64,000 bases of DNA from an uncultured Methanoregulaceae archaeon (GCA_963717525.1 OY970343.1:1664001-1728000), one strand, 5' to 3'; positions 9,751-20,895 are shown, numbered from the stretch's first letter. Notes: generated by a model not told the origin, from the letters alone. Numbers and translations: made by a program.

Positions 9751-11199
9751 TCAGTTCCCTTCCGGAGCGGTCTCCGCGGGTGCATCCCGTGCATGCCACG
9801 CAAAGACCACCGCGACAAGGCTGAGGCCTGCGGCAAGGAAAAACGCCGCCTGGAAACCGCCCGCGAGCGCCGGCATCGGGACCGCGAACGGATCGTGTAA
9901 CTGCCCCACGGCCTCCGCGGCAATCAGGGTCTCGGAGAATGCGATCTGGAAGATCACGATCCCAAGGATAATGCCGGTATTGCCCAGCGCCTTCATGACG
10001 CCGGATGCAGCGCCCTTCATATCCGCGGGGCTGTGGTCCATGACGATTTTTGTATTGGGAACAAGGAATACCCCGCGGGTAAGCCCGAGGACGATGAGCG
10101 CGAGAAGGGCGGGGATGAGCGTGATACCTTGCGTAAACCCGGCGAAGAACAGGTACACCGCGGCTGATCCCGCTGCACCGATAACGCAGAGCGTTCTCGC
10201 GCTGAACCGGTCGGTCAAAAGGCCCACCCCCGGGGTGGCAAGGAGCATCACGGCAGCGGGCACGATGACGATGAGGCTCGTCAGTGCATAGGAATAGCCC
10301 AGGACCAGGTTGAGGTAGAACGGGAAGAGGAAGACCGGGCCGTTGATGACCAGCTTCATGAGGAAAAACGAGATATTCGCATTCGTGAAGTGCCGGTCCC
10401 GGAACAGGGAGATCTCAAAGGCCGGGTCCTCGGTTGCACTCTCGTACACGATCGCAAGCGTCCAGAAGGCAAACGTGAATATGGCGAGGCCTGCCGTGAT
10501 GAGACTGGTGATCCCAAAGACATTCACCGAACTGATGGCAAGGACGAGCGCGAGGGTGGCGCAGGAAAAGAGGCATGCCCCGAGAAGATCGAACGTTCTT
10601 CCCTTCGACGTCCCTTCACCTGCCGGGAGGGTGAACAAGCCGGCTGCGATGATCGCTATCCCGACCGGCACCAGGGCAAAAAAAATCCAGCGCCAGGAAA
10701 GCGTACCGGCAATTGCCACACCAAGCGTCGGCCCAAGGATGACACCCAGCACTGCCGCCCCCGTAAGATACGCAAAACCCCTGCCGTGCCAGGCTTCCGG
10801 GACATGGCAGGTGACAAACGGTGTGATAACGGCCGCTCCCATCGTTGCACCCACTGCCTCGATGATGCGGAAAATGATGAGCTGGTTTACGGTGCCCGCA
10901 CAACCGCAGAGGAGCGATCCCAGGGCAAAGAGCGCAGTGCCGAAAAGGAACACCCTGCGGTACCCCCATACGTCGCCGAGTTTTCCGAAAAAGAGGAACA
11001 GTCCCGAGAGGACCAGCAGGTACACGATGACGGAAGCGGAGGCAAGCCCGGTGCTCGTGTGGAGATCGCTTGCCACCTGCTGGAGCGGGACCGTGATGCA
11101 GCTGGCCGCAAAGGCGCCAATCAGGGCGCCAAGGCAGATGAGGGCGAGGTTGAACCGCCAGTACCGTTCAGGGGCGGCTGCCCCGGGCCGGGCTTCCAT
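9751..11199 (-). CDS. MFS transporter, DHA2 (EmrB/QacA-like)
   Basis: Many TM helices; GKLGDVWGYRR motif A; WRWIFF. Confidence 0.9.
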   Translation of the reverse strand: MEARPGAAAPERYWRFNLALICLGALIGAFAASCITVPLQQVASDLHTSTGLASASVIVYLLVLSGLFLFFGKLGDVWGYRRVFLFGTALFALGSLLCGCAGTVNQLIIFRIIEAVGATMGAAVITPFVTCHVPEAWHGRGFAYLTGAAVLGVILGPTLGVAIAGTLSWRWIFFALVPVGIAIIAAGLFTLPAGEGTSKGRTFDLLGACLFSCATLALVLAISSVNVFGITSLITAGLAIFTFAFWTLAIVYESATEDPAFEISLFRDRHFTNANISFFLMKLVINGPVFLFPFYLNLVLGYSYALTSLIVIVPAAVMLLATPGVGLLTDRFSARTLCVIGAAGSAAVYLFFAGFTQGITLIPALLALIVLGLTRGVFLVPNTKIVMDHSPADMKGAASGVMKALGNTGIILGIVIFQIAFSETLIAAEAVGQLHDPFAVPMPALAGGFQAAFFLAAGLSLVAVVFAWHARDAPAETAPEGN

Positions 11200-11277
11200 A
11201 CACACAAAAGTCGCCCTGCCGGCTGATATGATGGTTTCAATGGCCCGTGACCGGGACCGGGAACTACCGCAACAACC

Positions 11278-11913
11278 ATGTGGGTGGGAGAAGAGAAGGT
11301 ACGGATCGACATGGTACTGGACCGGTTCTCCGGGCGGGTGAGGGTGCTGGTTGTTGTCTGCTGCATCCTGCTCGCGGTCGCTGCCGTTATCGTTACCATC
11401 GGGTTTACCCAGCAGGTGCAGGTCAGGAAGCAGCTGCTCCAGACTGAACTTAAGGTCACCGCCGCCCAGATCGCAGGCAAGGTGAACGGCGACGGGCTGC
11501 TCTCCTTACAACCGGGCGATGAGGGATCGCCGCTCTACCTCTCGTTTGCACGGACGATTTACGAGGCACGCATCAACAACACGCATATCAGCAACGCGTA
11601 CATCATGCGGGTGGACAACGGCACTATCACGTATGTCATCGATGATTTTTACCTCACGCACGGGCTGGACTCGTCTGTTGCACGGATCGGGGACCCGACG
11701 ACCGAAGACCAGCCGGTGCTCATGGCCGCACTCACCGGGCCACACAGCTCCCCGGATATCTATACGTCGAAGTGGGGATCGTTTCTCTCCGGGTATGCCC
11801 CGGTCCGGGACTCGAATGGCACGGTTGTCGGCATCCTTGGGGTGGACGAGACTGCCGATTTCGTCAACCAGTACGAGTATGCCAATGTCTTCAATCTCGT
11901 TGAAGTGACGTGA
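11278..11913 (+). CDS. Membrane-anchored Cache-like sensor domain with no output domain
   Basis: One TM; YTSKWGSFLSGYAPVRDSNGTVVGILGVD. Confidence 0.75.
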   Translation: MWVGEEKVRIDMVLDRFSGRVRVLVVVCCILLAVAAVIVTIGFTQQVQVRKQLLQTELKVTAAQIAGKVNGDGLLSLQPGDEGSPLYLSFARTIYEARINNTHISNAYIMRVDNGTITYVIDDFYLTHGLDSSVARIGDPTTEDQPVLMAALTGPHSSPDIYTSKWGSFLSGYAPVRDSNGTVVGILGVDETADFVNQYEYANVFNLVEVT

Positions 11914-11988
11914 GGGCCTGCGGTATTAAAAAAAAGGAAGTGCCGGGGGGCTCGGCCGCGGAGCCGGTGTCTGGTGGGATTGTAGGGA

Positions 11989-12043
11989 CCGGGGGATTTT
12001 CAGAGGACGCTCAAACGCCGCGTGGGCTTGGGACCGGAGGTTA
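11989..12043 (+). repeat. Dispersed repeat family B, copy 2
   Basis: CCGGGGGATTTTCAGAGGACGCTCAAACGCCGCGTGGGCTTGG...GGTT. Confidence 0.8.
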
Positions 12044-12045
12044 AA

Positions 12046-12922
12046 TCATTGAGGGGAATTTTTTCTTAACATATCATTACAAAATCCAATTACTTCGGCA
12101 ACCTTGTTGTTGTGATGGATTTCCGGATTGATGATAATGTCATGGTGTATCCCGGCAATTTTCCTGAACACATCCTCCCACGGGATCCCATCTCCCAATT
12201 TTGGCGGGCGGTGCAGCCGGTGGATATGAAAACCTTTGAGACAGTCATCCGGTATCAGGTTAAAAGAGGAAAGGAAGTTTTGTTTTGTCTTTGTCGAGAG
12301 CGGCTGGATATCGAGTGACAATACCGAATTTCTCCAGCAGCAACGGGTCATCTTTCATCACGAAGTCCCGGAACTGTGCGATATCGGCTCCTGAAGCGAT
12401 GAACTGATCTGTCCTGTTTTCAAGAAGGATCTCCGGGACCATGCCAAATACATCGCCATACCGTTCCTGAAGTTTCCTGACGACTGCAACGATATCGGAA
12501 TATGAATTTCTCCGGTCGCCGGGATGGATCTCGATCTTTGCGGCGGGCATTCCCAGGAAATCCGAGATGTCGATTACCATCCGGATAAAGTGGTCAGTCC
12601 ATTCCCGGTCATACCATTTGATCGCTGCCTGTGCTTTTACGCCGTGTCCATCGGTCCTGCCGAGTGATGGCTCAGTGTGCAGGATGTAATGGATTTTTCC
12701 GGTCGGCGAACCGGATTTTTTGTAAAGGATCTCGATGCTCTTTCTGCTCAGGAACGAACAAAGGTCCTGGCCCGTTGTGGCGGTTTCGGTTTTATTCTTG
12801 ATCAAATCGGCCGGGACTTCAACAAATGTACATCCCGCCGGCTCCGCAAGTTTCCATCGTTCCGCAAGTTCGCCACGCTGGGGGATTTCTGATGTATTGG
12901 GAAAAACGTACGAGATGGACAA
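12046..12922 (-). CDS. Xylose-isomerase/endonuclease IV-like TIM-barrel protein, frameshifted near 12315
   Basis: LHTE, EIHPG, LLEN, (L)DIQ, GFHIH..H, NPEIH metal-binding-like motifs across two frames. Confidence 0.6.
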
Positions 12923-13016
12923 AGTAACAAGGAGAATTTTGTATCAAACCGGATTCTGAACCTTAATGCACATAATGTGCATTAAGCGCTAAATGTGCAT
13001 TCACCGACCGGGAACT

Positions 13017-13208
13017 ATGGAAGAACTTGAAAATACGGTGAAGTCCCGGCTTCACCATGGGAGCAATTCCCTCGATCTCACGATCCCTTCTGAAGTGGTT
13101 AAAACCTTCAAAATAAACCCCGGTGATGTTTTCAGACTCGTTGCAAAGACCGAGAAGAATTCCGTTATCCTCCAGTATGAGCGGGTCTATTCCGCAAAAT
13201 CCGGATAA
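13017..13208 (+). CDS. AbrB/SpoVT-like DNA-binding protein
   Basis: SLDLTIPSEVVKTFKINPGD. Confidence 0.75.
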   Translation: MEELENTVKSRLHHGSNSLDLTIPSEVVKTFKINPGDVFRLVAKTEKNSVILQYERVYSAKSG

Positions 13209-13232
13209 ACGCATCCGTTCCGGAGGAAAAAG

Positions 13233-14099
13233 ATGGAATATTTCGGTCCTGACTGGTGCTCACTTCCCTGGTCCCCGTGGATTCCTTTCACCGCAGAAAG
13301 ATATGAATTCCGGGATATCCCGAGAGAACCCGGCCTTTACCGCATCCGTCCGGCGGGAAAAGATTTCCTCATGTATATCGGTGAGACCCGGAGAACCGTA
13401 GATGAACGGCTGAGCGAACTCCGGCTTACCCTCAACAGAACCGAGCTGATGCCATGGAACGATCCCCACACGGCAGCCCCTTCGCTCTGGGCATGGAAGG
13501 ACGCGGAAGGTTTCGAATATGAGTGTTCCGGTGCACCGCTTGATGCTGCCATAAACGGGAGAAGAGGGATGGAAAGTTTTCTCCTGTACCGGTACCGGCA
13601 GGAACGCGGGGAATCCACGCTCTGCAATTTTGGCCGGTTCCACCCGAGATATCGTAAATCCACGAACCGGAAAGAAAACCTGCGAGGCGGAAAACTGGAA
13701 GCGGGCCACAAGGATAACCCGGCCGGAGGGCCGAGCCAGCCACCGCTGAATCCGACAGGAAAACCCGGCGACCCGGACTGGATGGGGCTCTCGTGGAGCA
13801 ACGGTGAAACTCTTGCGCCGGAGAAAACCCATCTCGCTCCCGCAGGCCCGGGCCTGTATATCCTGATCGATGCCGGTTCACAGGAGATCGTATACATCGG
13901 CCAGTCCGCGAATTGTGCAAACCGATTACTGGACCATAGCAGGAAATCTTGGGACGGGAAGGATCTGCAATTTTCCTTTAATGGCGTGGAGAAAACAATT
14001 CTCCCGCACCAGCTCAAGGAACTGGAAAATGATCTCATCGGAAATTTCTTTGAGCAATACCGGAAAGCCCCGGAATATCAGTTCAGGAATCAGGGGTAA
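13233..14099 (+). CDS. Tandem GIY-YIG nuclease-domain protein
   Basis: PGLYRI...MYIGET..RL and PGLYIL...VYIGQSANCANRL...LE. Confidence 0.8.
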   Translation: MEYFGPDWCSLPWSPWIPFTAERYEFRDIPREPGLYRIRPAGKDFLMYIGETRRTVDERLSELRLTLNRTELMPWNDPHTAAPSLWAWKDAEGFEYECSGAPLDAAINGRRGMESFLLYRYRQERGESTLCNFGRFHPRYRKSTNRKENLRGGKLEAGHKDNPAGGPSQPPLNPTGKPGDPDWMGLSWSNGETLAPEKTHLAPAGPGLYILIDAGSQEIVYIGQSANCANRLLDHSRKSWDGKDLQFSFNGVEKTILPHQLKELENDLIGNFFEQYRKAPEYQFRNQG

Positions 14100-14152
14100 T
14101 TTTAGATAAGTCGGTTCCAGTATACATCGGGGAAAGGTTATCTAGGGGGATT

Positions 14153-14219
14153 GGGAGGATTTTTAGAGGACGCTCATCGGGGCTCTGCCCCTTGCCACGT
14201 AGGCTACCCCCGAAGGTTA
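14153..14219 (+). repeat. Dispersed repeat family B, copy 3 (with GGGGC..GCCCC hairpin insert)
   Basis: GATTTTTAGAGGACGCTCATCGGGGCTCTGCCCCTTGCCACGTAGGCT...GGTT. Confidence 0.7.
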
Positions 14220-14259
14220 CGATTTGATCAGAATTCGAAAAAAGTTGAATGAAAAAAAA

Positions 14260-17200
14260 TCATCCGCTTATGGTCTTATTCGCTTTTTTCATCAAACCTG
14301 CTGGAATTGAGTGATGCAACCGCCAAACGATACTCATTGGTTTGCTTCCTGTATGACTCACATAGCTCTGCAGTTCCTAAACACACATACGGTTGCGAAA
14401 TATTGTTGATTTTGTTGAACTCCCTCACGAAGAGGAGAACCTTTGAGCCCAAACTTTCATGGTTTATGTATCTCTTCCCAGTTGGCGATGATGCGGATGT
14501 TGTACTCTGGGATTGCCAATGGAAAAGGTCTGCATTAATTGCGTAATCATCATACATCGTTGAGGGTGAGAAATGTTTTTCAGATTTATTTAGGGTAATA
14601 AAAAAAACATCCAGATTCTTTGCCTTGAGGTAAAGAACGCCTTCTCGTTTACCCGCAACATTCCATTCTTGGGGAGTCCAATGTCCAAGACCCGCAAAAA
14701 TTTGATCACGGGAATATGTGCAATGGAGGGAGAGGCCGGTTTCGAATCCAAGATCGAGCGGTTCTTCCATAACTTCGGTTTTTTCTTCAAGATACGCAAG
14801 AAGACTATCAAGCTCGATATCTCATCCACTCGTTTTCAACAAATGCATTGAGACTGGATTGTAAATCCGGATAATGAATCTCGTTAAGAGGTTGAGAATA
14901 GAGTGAATAATACAAAATATTGGTGAATGTTTGTTGTCTCTCACCGTTTTTGACACCCAAATCCACATTTTTTGTTGCAAGAAATTGACGAATGTACCGA
15001 ATCATTGAGACTGAGTTAAGATGCAACAATCGTTTTGCCGCAGTAGTTATTCGCTCCTCTTCATCGGGGAGGGGAGAGATACAGAGTTTTGCTTCTGCAC
15101 AGAGTTGCCGGAAACTAGATTTTTGGTAAATCTCGTGGGGATCAAGATGATGATATGATAAAAATGCTCCAACACATAGGGGCTGGTGAGATTCTTGTTC
15201 AAATTCGGTAATTTTTTGAATCAATCCCTTCCGCTTCGATAATGACCTTTCAATATGAGAGAGTACGGTCTCTTGTGCAACTTTTTCAAGAGTAATGAAA
15301 CAGCCACGTGGAAGGGAAAAATTATTTTCTCGAATCTGTTTTATGAGCGGGGTTGTGACATCGCTAAGGAGGGCACGATATTTAGCATCAAACCGGTAGT
15401 TTGCATGTTGCCTGCCCACAAAATCGAGAACCGTAAGGCATTCTTTCTCATCACAAAGGCGAAGTCCTCGTCCCAATTGCTGAAGAAAAACGGTCATGCT
15501 TTCTGTAGGTCGTAGGAATAGGATGGTATTGACTTGTGGGATATCGACGCCTTCATTGTAAAGATCTACGACAAAGATGAAGTGAATTTCCTTATCACAT
15601 AATTTTCTCTGAACGGAATTTCTTTCGTCAGAACTACTTTCAGAACTCAAATGCGTGGAGGGAATGCCTAACTTGGTGAATATTTCCGCCATATATTTTG
15701 CATGTTCAATGCTCACGCAAAATCCAAGTCCAATAACATCGTCAACAGCCGTGACATATTTCTGCACGGATTGGGCGATGTGATCTGCTCGCTCATCATT
15801 ACCGGTATATCGCTTTGAAAGGACGGCCTGATTGTATTTTCCTCTGGTCCATTCAACATCGTCAAGATTCACAGTATCCGTGATACCAAAATAATGGAAG
15901 GGTGCGAGGAGGTTTCGTCCAATTGCTTCAGATAGTCGGATCTCTGCTGCGATTCGGCCATCGAAATATCCGAGAATATCAAGATTATCCATCCGTTCGG
16001 GGGTCGCCGTCAATCCAAGGAGAATTTTTGGCTGATAGAATGAGAGAAGTTTTTGATAGGAGTCTGCTGCCGCATGATGAAATTCATCGACAATGATAAA
16101 ATCGTAATAGTCAGGCTCTGTTCTGGAAGAAAAATCAGTACTATTGAAAGACTGAATTGAGATGAAAAGATGATCGATCTGCGAGGGGACCTGCCCATGA
16201 ATACAAAGATCCCCGAAGTTGTGATCTTTCAGAATTGCTCTGAATGTATGAAGACTTTGTTTCAAAATTTCTTCGCGGTGTGCAACAAATAACAGCTTCG
16301 CATGTGGATTAATTTTCTCCTTAAATCGACGGAAATCAAATGCTGATATTACCGTTTTTCCGGTTCCCGTTGCGGCAACAATCAGATTTTTTGTATGATT
16401 GTGAATTGTTCGTTCAGCTTGCAATCGTTCCAGAATTTCTTTCTGATAATAATACGGGGTAATGTCAAAGAAATAAGGTAATGTTGCATCACCCGATCCC
16501 CTCCGTTCTTTTTTGAGGGCCAATTCAAATTGTGCATGATCTTTTTCCTGATAACGGATGAATTCAGGATCATTCCAATAACTTTCAAATGAGGCCTGAA
16601 TTTTGTGAATAATGGGTTTTGCATCTTTTTCCGTGAGTTTTACATTCCATTCAAGACCCGTGGTAATTGCCGGATTTGAAAGATTTGATGATCCGATATA
16701 TGCTGTTGAAAATCCGGAAGTCTCGTTTGAAATAATACGCTTTCGCATGGAGACGAGTTCGTTCTGTATCATAGGATATTCGCACTTCGGTATTGGGCAA
16801 TGATGCGAGAAAATCTATCGCTCGAATATCTGTCGCGCCGGTATAGGCAGTTGTGATCACTCGTAACTGACCCCGTTCGCAGAATTGCGATAGTTCATTC
16901 ATAAGGAGCCGAATTCCGCTCCATTTAATGAATGAAACAAGCATGTCGATTTTATCAGATGAAACAATCTCTGCTTTAAGTTCCTGAATGAGACTTGGTT
17001 CAATCGAGGAACCGGTGAATAAACTACTTTGAGCGAGAGGGGTAACGGGTCTTTGCGTAATAAATGATGAGTTTGAGGTTCTTTTCGGTTCAATAGCGAG
17101 CAGAACTTCCCCCAGTTCATTAATTTTACAATAATTGAGGCAATCCTCTTCTGTTTTCGCTGCAAGAAGTTTGATAATTTCGTTGCAACAGGCAATTTGT

Positions 17201-17385
17201 TCCGAGACATTCGAATCCGCGGAATTCTCTAGAAATTCAAGCGATTTTTTAAGAATAGGGCCGAGATATTGAGAGAGGAGAACCGGGGAGTTGAAATTTT
17301 TTAGGGCGTCCTTGCTGATCGTTATTCCCTGTTCCCGAAGTTTTTCTTCAAGATGGGTATTGATCAGCTGTTTCATAAAGTCCAT
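14260..17385 (-). CDS. PLD-like nuclease + SF2 helicase + DUF3427 protein, three frameshifts
   Basis: RLHAKAY/IGSSNLS PLD motif, ATGTGKT, DEFHH, LTATPER, QQLGRGLR, C-terminal YDDYAIN..FHWQSQS; frame breaks near 16730, 14820 and 14365. Confidence 0.85.
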
Positions 17386-17553
17386 GAGGAAGTAATTTCA
17401 TGGGACCTACCTTTTAGTGAGATTGTATCCGGAAGAGATTAAGATGCCAGGTTCATTTTTCCATAAGAAGGGACTCATATCTGTAATCTGCAAACCGTAC
17501 ATCTTTTTGTGATCTCGTGAGATGCTTGGGGGAGATGGATAAAGATTCGGATC

Positions 17554-17635
17554 AACCTTTGCAGAGTAAGCCCACGCGGCACGGGGCGGCAGCCCCGTTT
17601 GAGCGTTCCCCTTCCGACCCTCTGAAAATACGCCC
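17554..17635 (-). repeat. Dispersed repeat family B, copy 4 (inverted)
   Basis: Reverse complement has ATTTTCAGAGG..AACGCTCAAACGGGGCTGCCGCCCCGTGCCGCGTGGGCTT...GGTT. Confidence 0.7.
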
Positions 17636-17689
17636 GTAAAACCGTCCGATTCCCTCCTCAAAAATCTGTGCCCAATATGTCCGCCCATT

Positions 17690-17960
17690 TGCTAAAATAC
17701 GCCTAAATTGAGCCCCATATAATCCCTATTAGAGGCCCATAGAAGCCCCTAAAACGGCCACTATTTTCAGGATCGACCGAAAACACATCCGGGCCCAGAA
17801 TCGGGCCTCAAAACGCGTCTATGAGATCCTTTTATTTCGTCCGATTGCCAAAATAAGGCCGATTTGGGCTTATTTTGAATCGGAGCCCGATACGGGATTA
17901 TTTTGGAGGCGGGGGAGGGCAATCGGAGCCCATATTGAGCCCGGATTGGTGTAGGTGGAG
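17690..17960. repeat. Non-coding tract of short degenerate (G/A)GCCC repeats
   Basis: GAGCCCCATAT, AGGCCCAT, AAGCCCCT, AATCGGAGCCC twice, CCCATATTGAGCCCGGATTG. Confidence 0.5.
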
Positions 17961-18009
17961 GGGGAGGGGATCATACCCTCATCACGATATTCCTGTAAAT
18001 CAGGCTTAT

Positions 18010-18399
18010 TCAGCTATCGGCAAACCGTCCAGATAACAGTACCGACTGCGGCGGCACAAATTCCGGTATCGCCTCTTTAGGATCGATGGGCTCATCCAAT
18101 TCCTGCAGGTTCTCGATCCCGATTGCGTATCCCTTCGATCTCCCGGCAAAATAGGTGAAAAATTCTGAATCGTCTATACCGGCATAGTCCCGTACCCTGT
18201 CCCAGAGAATGTCCGGGTGATCTTCGAGAATCGTCCCGATCTCAAAGACTGCCACGATCTTCTTGACCGGTGCAGAGGAGTAAATGAAGATGCGGTTGAC
18301 CGAGCGATCCTTAAAGATCGCCTTCCTGAACTCGTACCGCTTCTCGCCTTCAATGATGGACCTGACGTATTTTGGTTTAATTGACAGTAAAACGTCCAT
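18010..18399 (-). CDS. ASCH/PUA-domain protein
   Basis: LLSIKPKYVRSIIEGEKRYEFRK...IYSSAP...PPQS; last codons probably frameshifted. Confidence 0.85.
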   Translation of the reverse strand: MDVLLSIKPKYVRSIIEGEKRYEFRKAIFKDRSVNRIFIYSSAPVKKIVAVFEIGTILEDHPDILWDRVRDYAGIDDSEFFTYFAGRSKGYAIGIENLQELDEPIDPKEAIPEFVPPQSVLLSGRFADS

Positions 18400-19879
18400 C
18401 GATCCCTCCAAGGGTCTTGATAACGGTATATTTCTCATCGCTTATCTGCATTATTGATTGTGGGGGTCCGTTAAGAATCCCGGATTCCAGCAATGTGGCC
18501 AGATTCAAAGGATTCCTCAAATGGAAATGATGACGGAAGAGAATGACCGTCAGTGGTTTTAGGCTCTCGTCAATCTCGGCCGTTGAATAGACGGTCCGTT
18601 TACCGACAACCCGGATAATCTCATCAGTCTGTGTCAGCCCCATCCGGACCTCCTCGATAACCCCAAGTGATGTCAGGGACTGTGTATCTCTTGACCGGTA
18701 AAATAACACGATATCCCCTGCTTTGAGCTGACGGTTCCTTGAATGGCTGAGATAGGCTTTTTTTATGGTATTCCCCTCAATGACAAATTCACCTGCATGC
18801 TCATGGAGCAGGGTCTGCCTCGCCCCGTAATCTGTAAAAAGGCGGGCATGGAACTCCGGTTGGATAGGGATGATCCATTTCTTCACCTGGGGGCCATCAT
18901 AGAATGACGGGTAAAATCTTTTAAGAATTTCAACCGGGGACAGCCCTGCACATTCATCCCGGCCGGCTACCAGTTTCTTGAGAAATATTTCTTCACCCCC
19001 TGAATTTACTCCCATTTTTACAAATCCGAATTCGGTAATGAGCTCGACAAGCCGGTCATTTTCTTCGGTAAAATGGGTGAGGAAAATTTCATCGCAGTCA
19101 TTTTTGATCGCAAGATCAAAAGAGACCTTCAGGAGCAGCTCGCCGATTTTATTCCCGACGTGGGTCACTTTGAGCGTCGCAATCTTCATCCGCCTCTTCT
19201 GCGGCAGCGGGGGAGTGACATCTATTGGCTCATCCTCAAATTTGTAAATGAGGAGAGCACCGATCAAACCATCTGGGCGATAGCTGACAAAACATTTCCG
19301 GTGCTCGCGTGATTTCTCGTCAAACCAGCGCTCAAATCCAGGATAATCACGTTTGAGACTGTCAAAGATAGGATCGCGGATGTTCAGATTATACATAAAA
19401 TCTTCTTTCAGCCCCGGGGGTGACGCGATTCTTTCTCTCCTCGGAACAAACGTACGGAAAAACTGTATGGCATCATCGATGTGAAGCACACGGTCACTGA
19501 TCCCGGCAGCAAAGGCTTTCCTGTGAATCCCGGCATCCTCGGTCAGAAGAAAATCTGAAGCGCCACGGAAAACCGCATAGAGGATTTCGTTATCAACACT
19601 GTCCTGAGGTGAAGAAGGACTGCCGACCTTCCTGATGAACTCTTCATCACCCGCCGCAGACGGGGGGTGCTGCAATTGTCTGTACGTCTCGATTTTTGAG
19701 AGCATTACCTCTCTTCTGCGTGCATCCCTGTCCCGTTGGACATCTGCCACTGATGCGGGATGAATAAAGATCTCAACAGGTATATCCTGTAAAAGTCCGA
19801 AGAGATCCCGCACATTCTGTGAAATGATGCGATCGTCTTCGCGATAAATGAGAATGTTGGTATCAACGAGCAGATGCAT
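18377..19879 (-). CDS. PIN - GNAT - EVE/PUA fusion protein
   Basis: LVDTNILI and LLTED (PIN); LKRDYPGFERWF, KIATLKV, KIGELL (GNAT); GNTIKKAYLS, GDIVLFYRS, GPPQSI (PUA-like). Confidence 0.85.
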   Translation of the reverse strand: MHLLVDTNILIYREDDRIISQNVRDLFGLLQDIPVEIFIHPASVADVQRDRDARRREVMLSKIETYRQLQHPPSAAGDEEFIRKVGSPSSPQDSVDNEILYAVFRGASDFLLTEDAGIHRKAFAAGISDRVLHIDDAIQFFRTFVPRRERIASPPGLKEDFMYNLNIRDPIFDSLKRDYPGFERWFDEKSREHRKCFVSYRPDGLIGALLIYKFEDEPIDVTPPLPQKRRMKIATLKVTHVGNKIGELLLKVSFDLAIKNDCDEIFLTHFTEENDRLVELITEFGFVKMGVNSGGEEIFLKKLVAGRDECAGLSPVEILKRFYPSFYDGPQVKKWIIPIQPEFHARLFTDYGARQTLLHEHAGEFVIEGNTIKKAYLSHSRNRQLKAGDIVLFYRSRDTQSLTSLGVIEEVRMGLTQTDEIIRVVGKRTVYSTAEIDESLKPLTVILFRHHFHLRNPLNLATLLESGILNGPPQSIMQISDEKYTVIKTLGGIDGRFTVN

Positions 19880-20559
19880 GAGTTGTCACTGAATTAACCA
19901 CGATTTGCTAATATAAATGAACCCACCATGCAGGGTGAAAGAAACAAGAGACTCGTGGCATTCTTTCCGTCCACTCCCTTTCACATTTCGTCTCCCAAAC
20001 TTTCCATTCCCCCGGTACAGCTAACCAGCACCATCAGCCAAATATATATACGAACCTGCCGTTGTCCATGGGTAAGGGAAACCATGTTCCAGAACTTTTG
20101 CACGAGGGTGGCACGAAAATTCCGCAGGCTCGGGATCGCACGAAAAGAGGCGGCCCGGATCGCGAAGTTTTGCTATGTCTCCATGATCACCGCGTGCGGG
20201 CTGATGGGGCTGTTTTTTAGTATCCCGCAGGAACTGTTCGAGCCGATCACCGGTGCCGGGACAATACAGGCGGACGCCCGGCCTGGTCTCTTTTCGTCCG
20301 CTGTATCTGCTTCACGTCGTTGACCGCCGGTCCGGGCGCTCAAGAGTGATCCTGCACGGGAGAGATGGTTTTAGCCTGCCGTCCGCTTCGTGACAGGAAA
20401 GGGTGGCACTCAGGGGAGATGCAACTCTTCCGGGCCGGCGTGGGAAGGCAAAGTCGCGGTGAGGAGCCCTGGCTCCGGGTACCGTAGGGACGGGGTGGTC
20501 GAATAAAAAAAATCTAAAAAAGGTGATGGATATGGAAACTTCAGGAACGAATCATCAGG

Positions 20560-20895
20560 ATGTGGCCGAGCCGGGTGGAATGGCATCCGGCGGGGTGGGG
20601 ACCGGACAGGAATACAGGAACGAAAGGGGGGGCAGGCGGCAGGAAAAAGAAGGAGCGCCGCGACCGTATCGTAATCGGGCTGGGCGTGCTCGATCCCGGG
20701 CGGGGAGCGCCCCTGCCGGAAACCCCGGCACCGCATCCCGTGACGCCGGATGGGGACGAGGTCCGGGAAGAGAGCCCCGGAGACCTGGTCTTCACTCTCT
20801 TCGAACGCCAGGAACGGATCGCGGAAAGGCTGGACCGGAAGATCGAACGGCTGGCCCGGCGCCTCGACAGGATTGAAGAGCGGGGGCGGGACTAA
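20560..20895 (+). CDS. Hypothetical protein with C-terminal coiled coil
   Basis: LFERQERIAERLDRKIERLARRLDRIEE; abuts next ATG; start uncertain. Confidence 0.45.
   Translation: MWPSRVEWHPAGWGPDRNTGTKGGAGGRKKKERRDRIVIGLGVLDPGRGAPLPETPAPHPVTPDGDEVREESPGDLVFTLFERQERIAERLDRKIERLARRLDRIEERGRD

Noticed and set aside
10343..11341. Long antisense ORFs over the MFS and other GC-rich genes
   Set aside because: Shadow frames of well-supported genes on the opposite strand.
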